In this document: in pieces, positions 9,750 through 20,838 of the stretch
Layout of the letters: each line of letters opens with the position of its first letter
Numbering within the stretch: the first letter of the stretch is position 1
Source: an uncultured Chloroflexia bacterium
GTDB taxonomy: Bacteria; Chloroflexota; Limnocylindria; Limnocylindrales; CSP1-4
NCBI GenBank assembly: GCA_963736545.1
Contig: CAVTPA010000001.1
Coordinates: forward strand, 3,038,940-3,102,939
Length of the DNA: 64,000 nt
Reading direction: 5' to 3'
Notes under the pieces: model-generated
Told to the model about the DNA's origin: nothing
The model's input: the letters and a program-made list of their open reading frames with translations, nothing else
Database searches by the model: none
Translations under genes and position numbers: made by a program

Positions 9750-9963
9750 TCGCGGCCTCGTCCCCGAGCGGGCGAGGCGAGCGGACCGGGGACGCCCGGT
9801 GCGCGTCCATCCGCGGGCCGGGTGGGAGCGCGCGCACTGCCGCACGCCGCGTGGCCTGACGAGGCCGAGCAGCCGGCGCGGGGCGGGCGACCCGCCCGGG
9901 TCGTGACGCCGGGTCTTCGGATGGCGCCGCCCAGCCGTGGCAGACTTGCCGCTGTGACACTGC

Positions 9964-11109
9964 GTGAGTACAGGTATCAGCTTGTCCCAGACTGACTACT
10001 ACGAGATCCTCGGCGTCGAGCGAGGCGCGACCGACGCCGAGATCAAGAAGGCGTTCCGCAAGCTCGCCCAGCAGTGGCATCCCGACGTCAACCGGGACGC
10101 CGGCTCCGATGAGCGCTTCAAGGAGGTCAACGAGGCCTACCAGGTCCTCTCCGATCCCCAGCGCCGGCAGGCCTACGACATGTTCGGGCGGGCCGGCGTC
10201 GGTGGCGCGGCCGGCGGCTTCGACCCATCCGCCGGGGCGGGGTTCGGGGCCTTCTCCGACCTCTTCGACGCGTTCTTCGGGGGCGGCGCGGCCGGCGGCG
10301 TCCGGCGCGGCCGGCCGGCGGTCGGGTCGGATCTCCGCTACGACCTGCGGATCACGTTCGAGGAGTCGATCCGCGGCACGGAGAAGGAGATCGAGTTCCC
10401 GGTCCTCGACCGGTGCGCCACGTGCTCCGGCACCGGGGCGAAGGCGGGGACGGCCGCCCAGACCTGTCCGCAGTGCAGCGGCCGCGGCGAGATCCGTCAT
10501 GCGCGGCAGACGATGCTCGGCCAGATGGTGAACGTCGTCACGTGCCCGCGCTGCCGCGGCGAAGGCAAGATCGTCGACACGCCGTGCGACGACTGCAACG
10601 GCGACGGCCGCAAGCAGCGCACGAAGCGACTCCGGATCGCGGTCCCGGCCGGCATCGACGACGGCCACCAGATCCGCCTCTCGGCCGAGGGCGAGGCGGG
10701 GCCGCGCGGCGGCCCGCCGGGCAGCCTCTACGTCGCGATCCACGTCGCGGCTCACCCGCACCTCCGACGCGAGGGGACGGAGCTGTACCACGAGCTCGAG
10801 CTCTCGATCGCCCAGGCCGCGCTGGGGGCAACGGTCCGTGTCCCCACCGCCGACGGCGACGAGGACCTCGAGATCAAGCCCGGGACGCAGCCCGGGACGG
10901 AGGTCCGGCTGCGCGGCCGCGGCGTGCCGCACCTGCGCAGGGCCGGCGCGCGCGGTGACCTCCACGTGCTCGTCGACGTGCGGATCCCGACGAAGCTCAA
11001 CCGCGAGCAGCGCGAGGCGCTCGAGTCGTACGCCGCCGCGTCGGGCGAGACGAACGTCGGCGGCGGCAAGACCGGGGTGCTCGACCGGATCAAGGACGTC
11101 CTCGGGTGA
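9964..11109 (+). CDS. dnaJ: Chaperone DnaJ (Hsp40)
   Basis: J-domain (DYYEILGV...HPD), a Gly/Phe region, four CxxCxGxG zinc-finger repeats and a C-terminal domain. The start is either GTG 9964 or TTG 9982; the latter gives [12 protein letters not shown]. Confidence 0.9.
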   Translation: MSTGISLSQTDYYEILGVERGATDAEIKKAFRKLAQQWHPDVNRDAGSDERFKEVNEAYQVLSDPQRRQAYDMFGRAGVGGAAGGFDPSAGAGFGAFSDLFDAFFGGGAAGGVRRGRPAVGSDLRYDLRITFEESIRGTEKEIEFPVLDRCATCSGTGAKAGTAAQTCPQCSGRGEIRHARQTMLGQMVNVVTCPRCRGEGKIVDTPCDDCNGDGRKQRTKRLRIAVPAGIDDGHQIRLSAEGEAGPRGGPPGSLYVAIHVAAHPHLRREGTELYHELELSIAQAALGATVRVPTADGDEDLEIKPGTQPGTEVRLRGRGVPHLRRAGARGDLHVLVDVRIPTKLNREQREALESYAAASGETNVGGGKTGVLDRIKDVLG

Positions 11110-11155
11110 CCGGCGCCGAGCCGGGTCGAGGACGCTGCGCTCCGGGCGCCGACGC

Positions 11156-12157
11156 GTGACCGCCGCGTCCGACCCGGCGGCCGACGGGCTCGTCGGCGAC
11201 GACGCCTGGCTCGAGCTCGCGGTGACCTGCGACCCGGAGGCGGTCGAGGCCGTCAGCGAGATCCTCTCCCGGGTGGCGCCGGGCGGCGTCGGCGTCGAGC
11301 CCGGGTTCACGCTCGTCGACGAGGGGCTCGGGGCGGCGGTCGACCCGGCCGCGCCGGCGACCGTGCGCGCCTACGTGCCCGCCCGCGACGCGACCGCCGT
11401 CCGGACGGCGGTCGGGCTGGTCGACCGGGCGCTCGGCCACCTCCAGGCCTTCGACCTCCGCGAGATCGGAGAGCTGCGGACCCAGGTCGTCCACGAGTCG
11501 GATTGGGCGACCGCCTGGAAGCGCCACGTCGGCGTCCTCCGGATCGGGCGGGGGATCGTCATCCGGCCGACCTGGCGGCGCCACCGCCGCCGGCCCGGCG
11601 ACACCGTGATCGCCATGGACCCGGGCATGGCGTTCGGGACCGGCCTCCACCCGACGACCCGGCTCTGCCTGGCCGGCATCGAGCGCTGGGCCGACGAGGG
11701 GCGACTGGCCCGGGGAGGCGCCCGGGACGGTCGGGCACGGCTGCTCGACGTGGGGTGCGGCTCCGGGATCCTCGCGATCGCGGCGGCGCTCCTCGGCGCC
11801 GGCGAGCTGGTCGGCGTCGACACGGACCCGATCGCCGTCGAGGCGACGCTCGCGAACGCACGCCGGAACCACGTCGCTCGTCGGCTGCGCGCCCGGCACG
11901 GCTCCCTGCCGTCGGGCGCCGGGCTCTTCGACCTCGTCGCCGCCAACCTCATCGCGTCGGTGCTCGTCGCCCTCGCCGCCGACCTCGCGGCGGAGCTCGC
12001 GCCGGGCGGCCGGCTGCTCGCCTCCGGCATCTTCATCGATCGCGAGGGGGATGTCCGGGCCGCCTTCGAGGCGGCAGGCCTGCGCGTGGTCCGGCGCGAC
12101 GCAGAAGGCGACTGGGTGGCACTCGACGCGGAGCGACCCGCCGAGCGGCACGCCTGA
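11156..12157 (+). CDS. prmA: Ribosomal protein L11 methyltransferase
   Basis: 333 aa from GTG 11156. Carries the SAM-binding LLDVGCGSGILAIAAALLGA and GTGLHPTTRLCL motifs. It sits directly downstream of dnaJ, as in Firmicutes. Confidence 0.85.
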   Translation: MTAASDPAADGLVGDDAWLELAVTCDPEAVEAVSEILSRVAPGGVGVEPGFTLVDEGLGAAVDPAAPATVRAYVPARDATAVRTAVGLVDRALGHLQAFDLREIGELRTQVVHESDWATAWKRHVGVLRIGRGIVIRPTWRRHRRRPGDTVIAMDPGMAFGTGLHPTTRLCLAGIERWADEGRLARGGARDGRARLLDVGCGSGILAIAAALLGAGELVGVDTDPIAVEATLANARRNHVARRLRARHGSLPSGAGLFDLVAANLIASVLVALAADLAAELAPGGRLLASGIFIDREGDVRAAFEAAGLRVVRRDAEGDWVALDAERPAERHA

Positions 12158-12272
12158 GCGACCGGCGGTCCTGCGTCGAGCGGGCCGATCCGCGCTCCTG
12201 CGCTACGATCTCGGCCCGAGCACGGACCCGCCGTTCAGCCGACGGTCTCTCCGCGCCCCGAGACTCCACGGA

Positions 12273-12761
12273 ATGCCGAACCTCGCTCCGCTCTTCCCGT
12301 ACATCCTCGTCGTGCACGTGACGCTGGCGATCTCGCTGTTCGTGCCGAGCCTCCTGCTGCCGTTCACGCTGCGAAACCGCTCCGTGGACCGCGGGGCGGT
12401 CGCCGCGCGGCCCGGTTGGTTCGTCCGGCTCCTCCTGTGGATCCAGGCCCACGGGACGGTCGTCATCGGGGCCGGCCTGGCGCTCACCGGATTCGCCATG
12501 CTCGCCGTCCTGGGGCCGCGCCTCCTCGAGCAGCCGTGGCTGCTCGTGAGCCTGGCCACCTACGCCGTCACGGCGATCATCGCCTTCGCCTACCAGCGCC
12601 CCGGGCTGCGGCGCCTGCAGGCGCGGGAGGGCCTCGCGAGCGACGCCGACCGCGACGCGTGGCGGGCCAGGGCGCGGCGCCAGCGCTACATCGCCTACGG
12701 GATCACCACGGCGGTCGGCCTGATCGCCTTCCTCATGTCGACGAAGCCGGAGCTATGGTGA
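12273..12761 (+). CDS. Hypothetical 4-TM membrane protein (DUF2269-like)
   Basis: 162 aa from ATG 12273 with four predicted TM helices. It occupies the slot where rsmE sits in Bacillus-type operons. Confidence 0.6.
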   Translation: MPNLAPLFPYILVVHVTLAISLFVPSLLLPFTLRNRSVDRGAVAARPGWFVRLLLWIQAHGTVVIGAGLALTGFAMLAVLGPRLLEQPWLLVSLATYAVTAIIAFAYQRPGLRRLQAREGLASDADRDAWRARARRQRYIAYGITTAVGLIAFLMSTKPELW

Positions 12762-12784
12762 GCGGCGGGCGACCCGAGCCCGCG

Positions 12785-12850
12785 CCGACCCACCGGCCGC
12801 GGTGCCTGCGCCGACGGCACCGGCCGCGGTGCCTGCGCCGGCGGTACCGG
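12785..12850 (+). repeat. Near-perfect tandem repeat of about 27 bp just 5' of, or inside, the mtaB start region
   Basis: caccggccgcggtgcctgcgccgacgg is followed by caccggccgcggtgcctgcgccggcgg, encoding PAAVPAP twice if translated from GTG 12802. Confidence 0.6.
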
Positions 12851-12870
12851 CGCCCGAGCCCCTGCAGCCC

Positions 12871-14405
12871 GTGCGCCGCGCGGCGATCACGAACCTCGGC
12901 TGCAAGGTCAACCAGTCCGAGATGGACGCGGTCGAGCGCCTCCTTCGCGCCCGCGGCGTCGAGCTCGTCGGGGACGGGACCGCAGTCGACCTTCACCTCG
13001 TGAACACCTGCACGGTCACCGCCATCGCCGACGAGAAGTCGCGCAAGGCGCTCCGGCGGGCGCGGCGCGCGTCGCCGGGTGCCGCGGTCATCGCCACCGG
13101 CTGCTCGGTCCAGGTCGGCCGGGCGGCGTTCGCCGCCGTCGACCCGGAGGCTCGCCTCGTCACGAACGAGGAGAAGGACGGGCTGCTCGCCGAGGTCGAG
13201 CGGCTCCTCGGGCTGCCGGAGGATGGGCTCGCGGCGGTCCACGGGCCGCTCGACGGGCCGCTGCCGACGCTCGCCGGCGTCGTGGTCGCCGGGGGCGGCG
13301 CGGGCACGGCGATCGCCGGCGTGGCCGACGGGCGCGACCGGATCGATCGGACCCGAGCCTACGTCAAGGTGCAGGACGGCTGCAGCTTCCACTGCACGTA
13401 CTGCATCATCCCGCGGGCCCGCGGCGCGGAACGCTCCCTCGCGCCCGAGGCCGTCCTCGGCGACGTCCGGCGGGCCCTCGGGGCCGGCCACCGCGAGATC
13501 GTCCTGACCGGCATCAACATCGGGACCTACGACGGGGGCTGGTCGGAGCGGGGCGCACGAGGCTCCCACCGGCGGTCCGCCCTGACGCTCGCGGGCCTCG
13601 TGCGGCGCATCCTCGCCGAGACGCCGGTCGAGCGGATCCGTCTCTCGTCGATCGAGCCGCAGCACGTCGACGACGAGCTGCTCGCCGCCTGGACCGAGGA
13701 GGGGGCCGGGCGCTGCCTGCCCCACCTCCACCTGCCGCTCCAGACGGGCGACGACGACGTCCTTCGCCGGATGGGTCGCCGCTACGACACGGCGGCTTAC
13801 GCGCGCGTCGTCGAACGTGTCCGCGAGGCGATCCCCGGCGTCGCGGTGCACGCCGACGTCATCGCCGGCTTCCCGACCGAGGACGACGCGGCCTTCGAGC
13901 GCTCGCTCGCCTTCATCCGTGCGCTCGATCCCGCCGGGCTGCACGTCTTCCGCTACTCCGCCCGGTCGGGGACGCCGGCGACGCGGATGACGGGCCAGGT
14001 CGCCGAGCCGGTCCGCAGGGAGCGGGCGGCCCTGCTGCTGGCCGAGGCAGCCGCCGCGCGCGCCCGGTTCGCCGCCGCCGCCGGGGGCGGGCGGCGGCTC
14101 GTGCTGTTCGAGGCACCGGCCGATGCCGCCGACCCATCGGCCGGCTGGGCCGGCCACGCCGAGGACTACGTGCTCGTCCGGGTGGGCGCCAAGGCCCTCG
14201 GGCCGGCCGCGGCGCACCGGGGCTCGCTCGAGGGCGAGATCGGCGTCGTCGCCGTCGAAGGTCCCGACCCGGACCACCCGGAGCGGGCGATCGGCCGCCT
14301 GGAGCGGCTCCTGCCGCGCCCGTCCGGCGCTCGCGGGTCGGGCATCGGCGCCCCGGGATCGCTCGGCGCCGCCGCTCGGGCGCTGCCCGTCGTACCCTTC
14401 CGCCC

Positions 14406-14409
<4 letters not shown>
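12871..14409 (+). CDS. mtaB: tRNA N6-threonylcarbamoyladenosine methylthiotransferase MtaB (YqeV; MiaB-like radical SAM)
   Basis: ITNLGCKVNQSEMD at the N-terminus, the radical SAM motif CSFHCTYCIIP and a TRAM-like C-terminus. The preferred start is GTG 12871 (MRRAAITNLGCK). An in-frame GTG at 12802 would add 23 aa. Confidence 0.85.
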
Positions 14410-15302
<893 letters not shown>

Positions 15303-15336
15303 CGCGCCCGGCCCGGGGGCGAGCGGCCCCGGCCGG

Positions 15337-17037
15337 CTACGAGCGTTCCGAGACCGGCATCGGTGCCGAGACCGAGGCCCATGCCCGGACCTGGTCGCGC
15401 TTCACCTTCATCGTGTGCGTCCGCGGGAAGTCGGCGTCGGGCCAGAACCGCCAGGCCGCCAGGCGTGCGTTCTGCCCGAGGGTCGCGTTCGCTGCCTTGA
15501 CCGCGGCGTCCACCTCCGCTCGCACCCGGTCGAGGCTCTCCCCGGCGGCGAAGGCACCCACGACCGGCGCAGCCGAGCCCCCGGTCGCCATCCGCTCGGG
15601 CGTCGTCGGCGCGAGGATGATCGCCTCGATCCGCCCCGGCTCCGTCTCGAGCACGACCGAGTCGCGGACGCCGGCGTTGCGCAGGGCGTTCTCGAGGTCC
15701 TCCGGGAAGACGTTGAACCCGTTCGGGAGCACGATCATGTCGCGCTTGCGCCCGTGGAGGACGAGCCGGCCCTTGGCGTCGAGGTGCCCGAGGTCGCCGG
15801 AGCGGTAGAAGCCGTCCGGGGTGAAGGCCGCCGCGGTCGCCTCGGAGTCCTGCCAGTACCCGCGCGTCACCGTCGGGCCGCGGAACTGCACCTCCCCGTC
15901 CTCGGCGATCCGCATCTCCACGCCGGGAATCGGCCATCCCACGCACCCCAGCGGGTGGTCCTTCCACGTCGTGATCGCGCCCGACCCCGTCTCCGTCGCG
16001 CCGTAGCCCTGCATGACCACGACCCCGAGGTCCTCCCAGGCCCGCTGCACCGACGGGGGCAGGAACGCCCCGGCAGAGACGAAGAGCCGGAGGCTGCCGC
16101 CGATCTGCTCGTGGACCCGGCGGAAGAGGCGCCGGCGCAGCCCCATCGGGAGGAAGCGGGCCGCCCGGCGGGCCCTCGCGAACTGCGCCGCCTGGCCCCG
16201 CTTCTCGATCTCGCGCTCGAGGCCGCTCCAGAAGAGGTCGAGGACCTGGGGCACGACGATCATCGCCGTCACCCGGATCTCCCGGAACGCCTCGAAGATC
16301 ACCCTCGGGTTGCGGCTCCGGACGTACAGGATCTCGGCCCCGAGGTCGATGACGAGATAGAGGCCGATCGCCTGCTCGAAGAGGTGCGAGAGCGGCAGGA
16401 GCGAGACGATCCGGTACTCGATGTCCGGGACGAGGAGGTGGAATCCGTCGATGCCGGCCACCGTGTTGCGGTGGGTCAGCGTCACGCCCTTCGGCGTGCC
16501 GGTCGTGCCCGAGGTGTAGATGAGGAGGTAGACGTCGTCCACGGCCGGCCGCGTCCACGAGGCGACCCGCTCCTCCCAGTCGGCCGGCATGCCGGCGCCG
16601 GGATCCGCGCAGAGATCCGCGGTGGTCGTGATCGGCAGGTGGTCGAGATCCGCCTCGGCCGGGTCCGGGGCGTCCCGACCGGTCGCGATGACGAGCTGGC
16701 GCGCCTCGGAGCGGTCGGCGATCCGGCGGATCGCGTCGGGCGCCATCCGCAGGTCGAGCGGGACGAGGATCACGCCGGCCCGGATCGCCCCGAAGTAGAC
16801 GGCGGCCAGCTCCGGCGTCGACGCCGACCACGTGAGGAGCCGGTCGCCGGGCTGGAGCCCGCGTGAGCGGAGCCGCCACGCGGCGAGACGGCTGCGCCGG
16901 TCGAGCTCGCGGTAGGTCCACCAGGCCGTCGTGCCGTCGTCGCCCCGCTGGCCGAGGGCCCGGCGCTCGCCGCGGCGGGCAACCGCGCCCTCGAGGATGT
17001 CCAGGATGGTGCGCCCGGAGAAGCGGTACGCGCTCAT
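15337..17037 (-). CDS. Long-chain fatty-acid--CoA ligase / AMP-dependent synthetase (FadD-like)
   Basis: 566 aa from ATG 17037 (MSAYRFSGRTILDIL). AMP-binding motif YTSGTTGTPKGV plus GYGATETG and a C-terminal adenylate-forming fold. The upstream part of ORF 15337..18057 is a spurious extension. Confidence 0.85.
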   Translation of the reverse strand: MSAYRFSGRTILDILEGAVARRGERRALGQRGDDGTTAWWTYRELDRRSRLAAWRLRSRGLQPGDRLLTWSASTPELAAVYFGAIRAGVILVPLDLRMAPDAIRRIADRSEARQLVIATGRDAPDPAEADLDHLPITTTADLCADPGAGMPADWEERVASWTRPAVDDVYLLIYTSGTTGTPKGVTLTHRNTVAGIDGFHLLVPDIEYRIVSLLPLSHLFEQAIGLYLVIDLGAEILYVRSRNPRVIFEAFREIRVTAMIVVPQVLDLFWSGLEREIEKRGQAAQFARARRAARFLPMGLRRRLFRRVHEQIGGSLRLFVSAGAFLPPSVQRAWEDLGVVVMQGYGATETGSGAITTWKDHPLGCVGWPIPGVEMRIAEDGEVQFRGPTVTRGYWQDSEATAAAFTPDGFYRSGDLGHLDAKGRLVLHGRKRDMIVLPNGFNVFPEDLENALRNAGVRDSVVLETEPGRIEAIILAPTTPERMATGGSAAPVVGAFAAGESLDRVRAEVDAAVKAANATLGQNARLAAWRFWPDADFPRTHTMKVKRDQVRAWASVSAPMPVSERS

Positions 17038-17177
17038 GGCGGCATGGTGCGCGCGCAGGCCCCGCGCGGCAATGGCCCTTCGGCCCGGCGCCGCGGTCGC
17101 CGGACGGGCCCGTCGCGACGGCCGTGCCGGGGCGCCGGCGTCGTCTCCGCGATACCGTGTGCGCCGGAGGTGACCGC

Positions 17178-17504
17178 ATGACCGAGCCCGCCGTCTTCTT
17201 CGCCGACCTCGCCGCGGAGGCGAAGCCCGTCGAACGGGGGATCCACAGCCAGACGCTCTACGACGGTGACGACCTGCGGCTCGTCCTGTTCGCCTTCGCC
17301 GTCGGCGAGGAGCTGTCGGAGCACACCGCGGCGCGGCCGGCCGTCGTCCATGTCCTCGACGGAGAGGGGGACGCGGTGGTCGGCGGCGAGCCGCACCCGC
17401 TCGGACCGGGCACGTGGTTCCGGATGCCGGCCGGGATGCCGCACTCGATCCGGGCCCGGACGCCGCTCCGGATGGCCCTCTACATGCTGCCTGCGGCCGA
17501 CTGA
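17178..17504 (+). CDS. Cupin-domain protein
   Basis: 108 aa from ATG 17178, divergent from the fadD-like gene. Cupin motifs include [16 protein letters not shown] and PAGMPHS. Confidence 0.7.
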   Translation: MTEPAVFFADLAAEAKPVERGIHSQTLYDGDDLRLVLFAFAVGEELSEHTAARPAVVHVLDGEGDAVVGGEPHPLGPGTWFRMPAGMPHSIRARTPLRMALYMLPAAD

Positions 17505-17623
17505 CACCCGTCGCAGGCCGCGGGCCGGTGCGGCCGCCGGTGCTGCCGCCGCTGCGGCCCCGGTGCGGCCGCCGGAACCGGCCCGGGCGGCCGGCGGAGC
17601 CGGTTTCGGGACCTTCGGCACGT

Positions 17624-17652
17624 TTGACCCGTTCCCGCGACCGGTCTATGCT
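17624..17652 (+). promoter_or_regulatory. Candidate sigma-A type promoter for rpsU-yqeY
   Basis: TTGACC, 17 nt, TATGCT in a locally AT-richer stretch. A roughly 115-nt leader follows, and GGAGG lies 11 nt before the rpsU TTG start. Coordinates are good to about 2 nt. Confidence 0.4.
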
Positions 17653-17766
17653 CCGCCGGGCTCGCCGGCGCGCGACGGAACCGCGCGTCGGTGGGCGTAC
17701 GCGCCTGCCGACCTCGCCCGGCGGCGGCGCCGACACAAATCCAGGGCGGAGGAGGTGATCCCGGCA

Positions 17767-17949
17767 TTGGCAGAGATCCGCGTTGGTGAGAACGAGACCT
17801 TCGAAAGCGCCCTGCGCCGCTTCAACAAGAAGATCCAGCAGAGCGGCATTCTCGCGGAAGCCCGCCGTCGCGAGCACTACGAGAAGCCGAGCGTGAAGCG
17901 CAAGCGCAAGGAAGCCAAGCGCAAGAAGGCCACCCGCCAGCAGGGTTAG
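17767..17949 (+). CDS. rpsU: 30S ribosomal protein S21
   Basis: 60 aa ([60 protein letters not shown]). TTG start with a strong SD. Confidence 0.9.
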   Translation: MAEIRVGENETFESALRRFNKKIQQSGILAEARRREHYEKPSVKRKRKEAKRKKATRQQG

Positions 17950-18110
17950 CCGCCGGGATCGGCGGCCGCGGGGCCGGTCCGCAACGAGGACCGCCCGCAG
18001 CGTCCCCGCCGATCCACCTGCTTCCCCGGCCCGTGCCCAGGCCCCGGAGGCCCCCAAGCTCAGCCGGCGTCCCGTCCCGGACGGAGCGCCACAGCGAAGG
18101 AGCCACGCCG

Positions 18111-18632
18111 GTGTCCCTCAGAGATCGTCTCCACGACGAGATGACCGCCGCGACGCGGTCGGGTGACGCGCTGCGCCGCGACACCCTGCGGATGGCCTGG
18201 AGCGCCGTCTACGCCGTCGAGAAGCGCGATCGCACGACCCTGACCGACGAGCAGACGATCGCGATCCTCGCCCGCGAGGTGAAGACGCGCCGCGAGTCGG
18301 TCGAGGCCTTCCGCAAGGGCGGCCGGGAGGAGCTGGCAGCCAAGGAGGAGGCGGAGATCGCGATCCTCGGCGAGCTCCTCCCGCAGGCGCTCGGCGCCGA
18401 CGAGCTCGACGCGCTCGTCGCCGAGGCCATCGTGGCCACCGGCGCGAGCTCGGCCCGCGATCTCGGGAAGGTCATGGGCTGGCTCAGCCCGCGCACCCGC
18501 GGCCGGGCCGACGGCAAGGTCGTCTCGGGTCTCGTGGCCGCCGCCCTCGCCCGCGCCGATCTCGCCGCCCACGACGAGGGCGGCCACGCCTCTGCCTCGA
18601 CGCCGCAGCCCGGGGGCGACGGCCGGGGCTGA
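18111..18632 (+). CDS. yqeY: GatB/YqeY domain protein
   Basis: GTG 18111 with AAGGAG upstream. YqeY fold (LRDRLHDEMTAATRSGDALRRDTLRMAWSAV...KVMGWLSPRTRGRADGKVVSGLV). Located immediately after rpsU, as in Bacillus. Confidence 0.85.
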   Translation: MSLRDRLHDEMTAATRSGDALRRDTLRMAWSAVYAVEKRDRTTLTDEQTIAILAREVKTRRESVEAFRKGGREELAAKEEAEIAILGELLPQALGADELDALVAEAIVATGASSARDLGKVMGWLSPRTRGRADGKVVSGLVAAALARADLAAHDEGGHASASTPQPGGDGRG

Positions 18633-18651
18633 CGCCCCACCGCCCGACGCG

Positions 18652-20802
18652 ATGCTCTCCCGACGCCTCGACCAGGTCGCCGCCTTCACCCGGCGTGACG
18701 CCGTGCGCCTCGTCGTCGCCTCCGCGCTGCTCATCACCGGGCTGACCGCCGTCCTGTCGATGAACGACCTGCCGAGCGCGGTCGACCTGCAGGTCGGCGA
18801 CCTGGCCCCCGCGGACGTGCCGGCTCCGCGGACGATCCTCTTCACCAGCGAGTTCGAGACCGCGGAGGCCCGGCAGGCGGCCCGCGACGCCGTCCCGCCC
18901 CAGTACGACTACCGGGCCGAGACCGCGGCAACCCTGACGAGCCGCCAGCTCGGCGTCCTCGCCGCGGCGCTCGCGCCGGTCGACGCCGCCTTCGACCCCG
19001 CCGTCACGCCCGAGGAGCGCGCAGCCGTCCTCGCCGAGCAGCCGCCCGACCTCTCGCCCGATGCCCGCGCCACGCTCCAGGCGCTCGCCCCGGAGCGGTG
19101 GGCCCTCGTCGGGGCGGAGGCCGCCCGCGTGCTCGGTCTCGTGCAGCGGGCCGAGCTTCGAGATGCCGACCTGGAGGCGGTCCGCCGCAACCTCGGCGAG
19201 CGCTTCTCGGCCGCGCTCACCGACGCCGAGCGGGAGCTCGCGACCGAGATCGTGGCCCCGCTGCTCGTCCCCAACGCCACCTACAGCGAGGCGCTTCACG
19301 AGGCGGCGCGCGACGCCGCGGACGCGGCGGTCGAGCCGATCAGCTACACGATCCGCCAGGGCGAGCTCATCGTCCAGGCCGGCCTGCAGGTGACACCCCT
19401 CGAGGTCGAGAAGCTCGAGGCCTTCAGCCTCACCGAGGCGACGCTCGACGTCGCCCGCGTCGCCGGCTGGTTCCTCCTCGCCACCCTCGTCGTCGTCCTC
19501 CTCCTCGCCTGGACCTGGCGCTATCGCCAGGAGCTCTGGCACCGGGCCCAGGCCCTCACGCTGCTGGGGCTCGTCCTCCTCGTCACGGCCCTCGCCTACC
19601 AGCTCACGGCCGGCCGCTCGATCCTGCCGTTCTTCGTGCCGGGGGCCGGCGCATCGATCCTCGTCGCGATCCTTCTCGGGTCCGGCCCCGCGACGATCGC
19701 GACCGCGCTCATCGCCATCCTCGCCGGCGCCGTCAACGGCCTCTCGCTCGAGCTCACCGCCTACGTCTTCGTCGGTGGGATGACCGGGATCATCGCGATC
19801 CGGCGCGGCGACCGGGTCGGGATCTTCCTGCAGGCCGGCCTCGCGATCGTCGTGGCGAACATCGTCACGGTCACGATCTTCTCGCTCCTCGGCACGCGCA
19901 ACCTCGAGGGCATCCTCCAGCTCTGGGGCGCCTCGGTGGCCTCGGGCGTCGGCTCCGCGGTCGCGGCCGTGGGGACGTTCCAGGTCGTCGGGAACCTGTT
20001 CGGGATCCTCACGGTCTTCCAGCTCCTCGAGCTCGCCAACCCGTCCCAGGCGCTGCTGCGCCGCCTCCTGCTCGAGACGCCGGGGACGTACCACCACTCG
20101 CTCATGGTCGGCAACCTCGCCGAGCGCGCCGCCGAGGCGGCCGGCGCCGACCCGCTCATGGCCCGGGTCGCCGCCTACTACCACGACGTCGGGAAGCTGG
20201 CGAACCCCGGCGCCTTCATCGAGAACCAGGCCGGCGGCACGAACGTCCACGACGAGCTGCCGCCCGAGGTCAGCGCGCAGATCCTGCGGGCGCACACCGC
20301 CGACGGCATCGACATCGCCTACCGGGCGAAGCTGCCGAAGCCGCTCATCGCGTTCATCCCGCAGCACCACGGCACGGCCAAGATCGGCTACTTCCTGGCG
20401 AAGGCGCGCGAGCAGGCGGCCGCGCCGTTCGGTGGCCTCGAGACGGCGGCCGGTCGGGCCGCTGCCGATGCGGTCGACGAGCGTCGGTTCCGCCACAGCG
20501 GTCCGAAGCCCCAGACCCGCGAGGCGGCGATCCTCATGCTGGCCGACAGCGTCGAGGCGTCCGTCCGCTCCCTGTCGAGCCACGAGGAGTCGACGATCCG
20601 GGCGATGGTGACGAGGATCGTCGACGAGCGGCTCGACGACGGCCAGTTCGACGAGTGCGATCTCACGCTCCGGGACGTCGAGCGGATCCGCGAGGCGTTC
20701 GTGGCCCAGCTCCTCGGGATGTACCACCAGCGGATCGCCTACCCGCAGAACAAGGTCGTCGAGCTCGAGGCGCGCCGCAACGCGGTTGGCCCCGGCGCGT
20801 AG
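18652..20802 (+). CDS. pgpH: 7TM-receptor with intracellular HD hydrolase (PgpH/YqfF-type cyclic-di-AMP phosphodiesterase)
   Basis: 716 aa with an extracellular N-domain, seven TM helices and the HD motif (HHSLMVGNLAERAAEAAG...YYHDVGK...IPQHHGT). Confidence 0.85.
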   Translation: MLSRRLDQVAAFTRRDAVRLVVASALLITGLTAVLSMNDLPSAVDLQVGDLAPADVPAPRTILFTSEFETAEARQAARDAVPPQYDYRAETAATLTSRQLGVLAAALAPVDAAFDPAVTPEERAAVLAEQPPDLSPDARATLQALAPERWALVGAEAARVLGLVQRAELRDADLEAVRRNLGERFSAALTDAERELATEIVAPLLVPNATYSEALHEAARDAADAAVEPISYTIRQGELIVQAGLQVTPLEVEKLEAFSLTEATLDVARVAGWFLLATLVVVLLLAWTWRYRQELWHRAQALTLLGLVLLVTALAYQLTAGRSILPFFVPGAGASILVAILLGSGPATIATALIAILAGAVNGLSLELTAYVFVGGMTGIIAIRRGDRVGIFLQAGLAIVVANIVTVTIFSLLGTRNLEGILQLWGASVASGVGSAVAAVGTFQVVGNLFGILTVFQLLELANPSQALLRRLLLETPGTYHHSLMVGNLAERAAEAAGADPLMARVAAYYHDVGKLANPGAFIENQAGGTNVHDELPPEVSAQILRAHTADGIDIAYRAKLPKPLIAFIPQHHGTAKIGYFLAKAREQAAAPFGGLETAAGRAAADAVDERRFRHSGPKPQTREAAILMLADSVEASVRSLSSHEESTIRAMVTRIVDERLDDGQFDECDLTLRDVERIREAFVAQLLGMYHQRIAYPQNKVVELEARRNAVGPGA

Positions 20803-20838
20803 ACGGCCGGAGCCCATGCCCCCCGCCGATCCGCGCCC

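Noticed and set aside
9750-9982. CIRCE or HAIR heat-shock operator upstream of dnaJ
   Set aside because: The low-GC pocket (cttgccgctgtgacactgcgtgagtacagg) contains no acceptable TTAGCACTC-N9-GAGTGCTAA or CTTGAGT-N7-ACTCAAG match.
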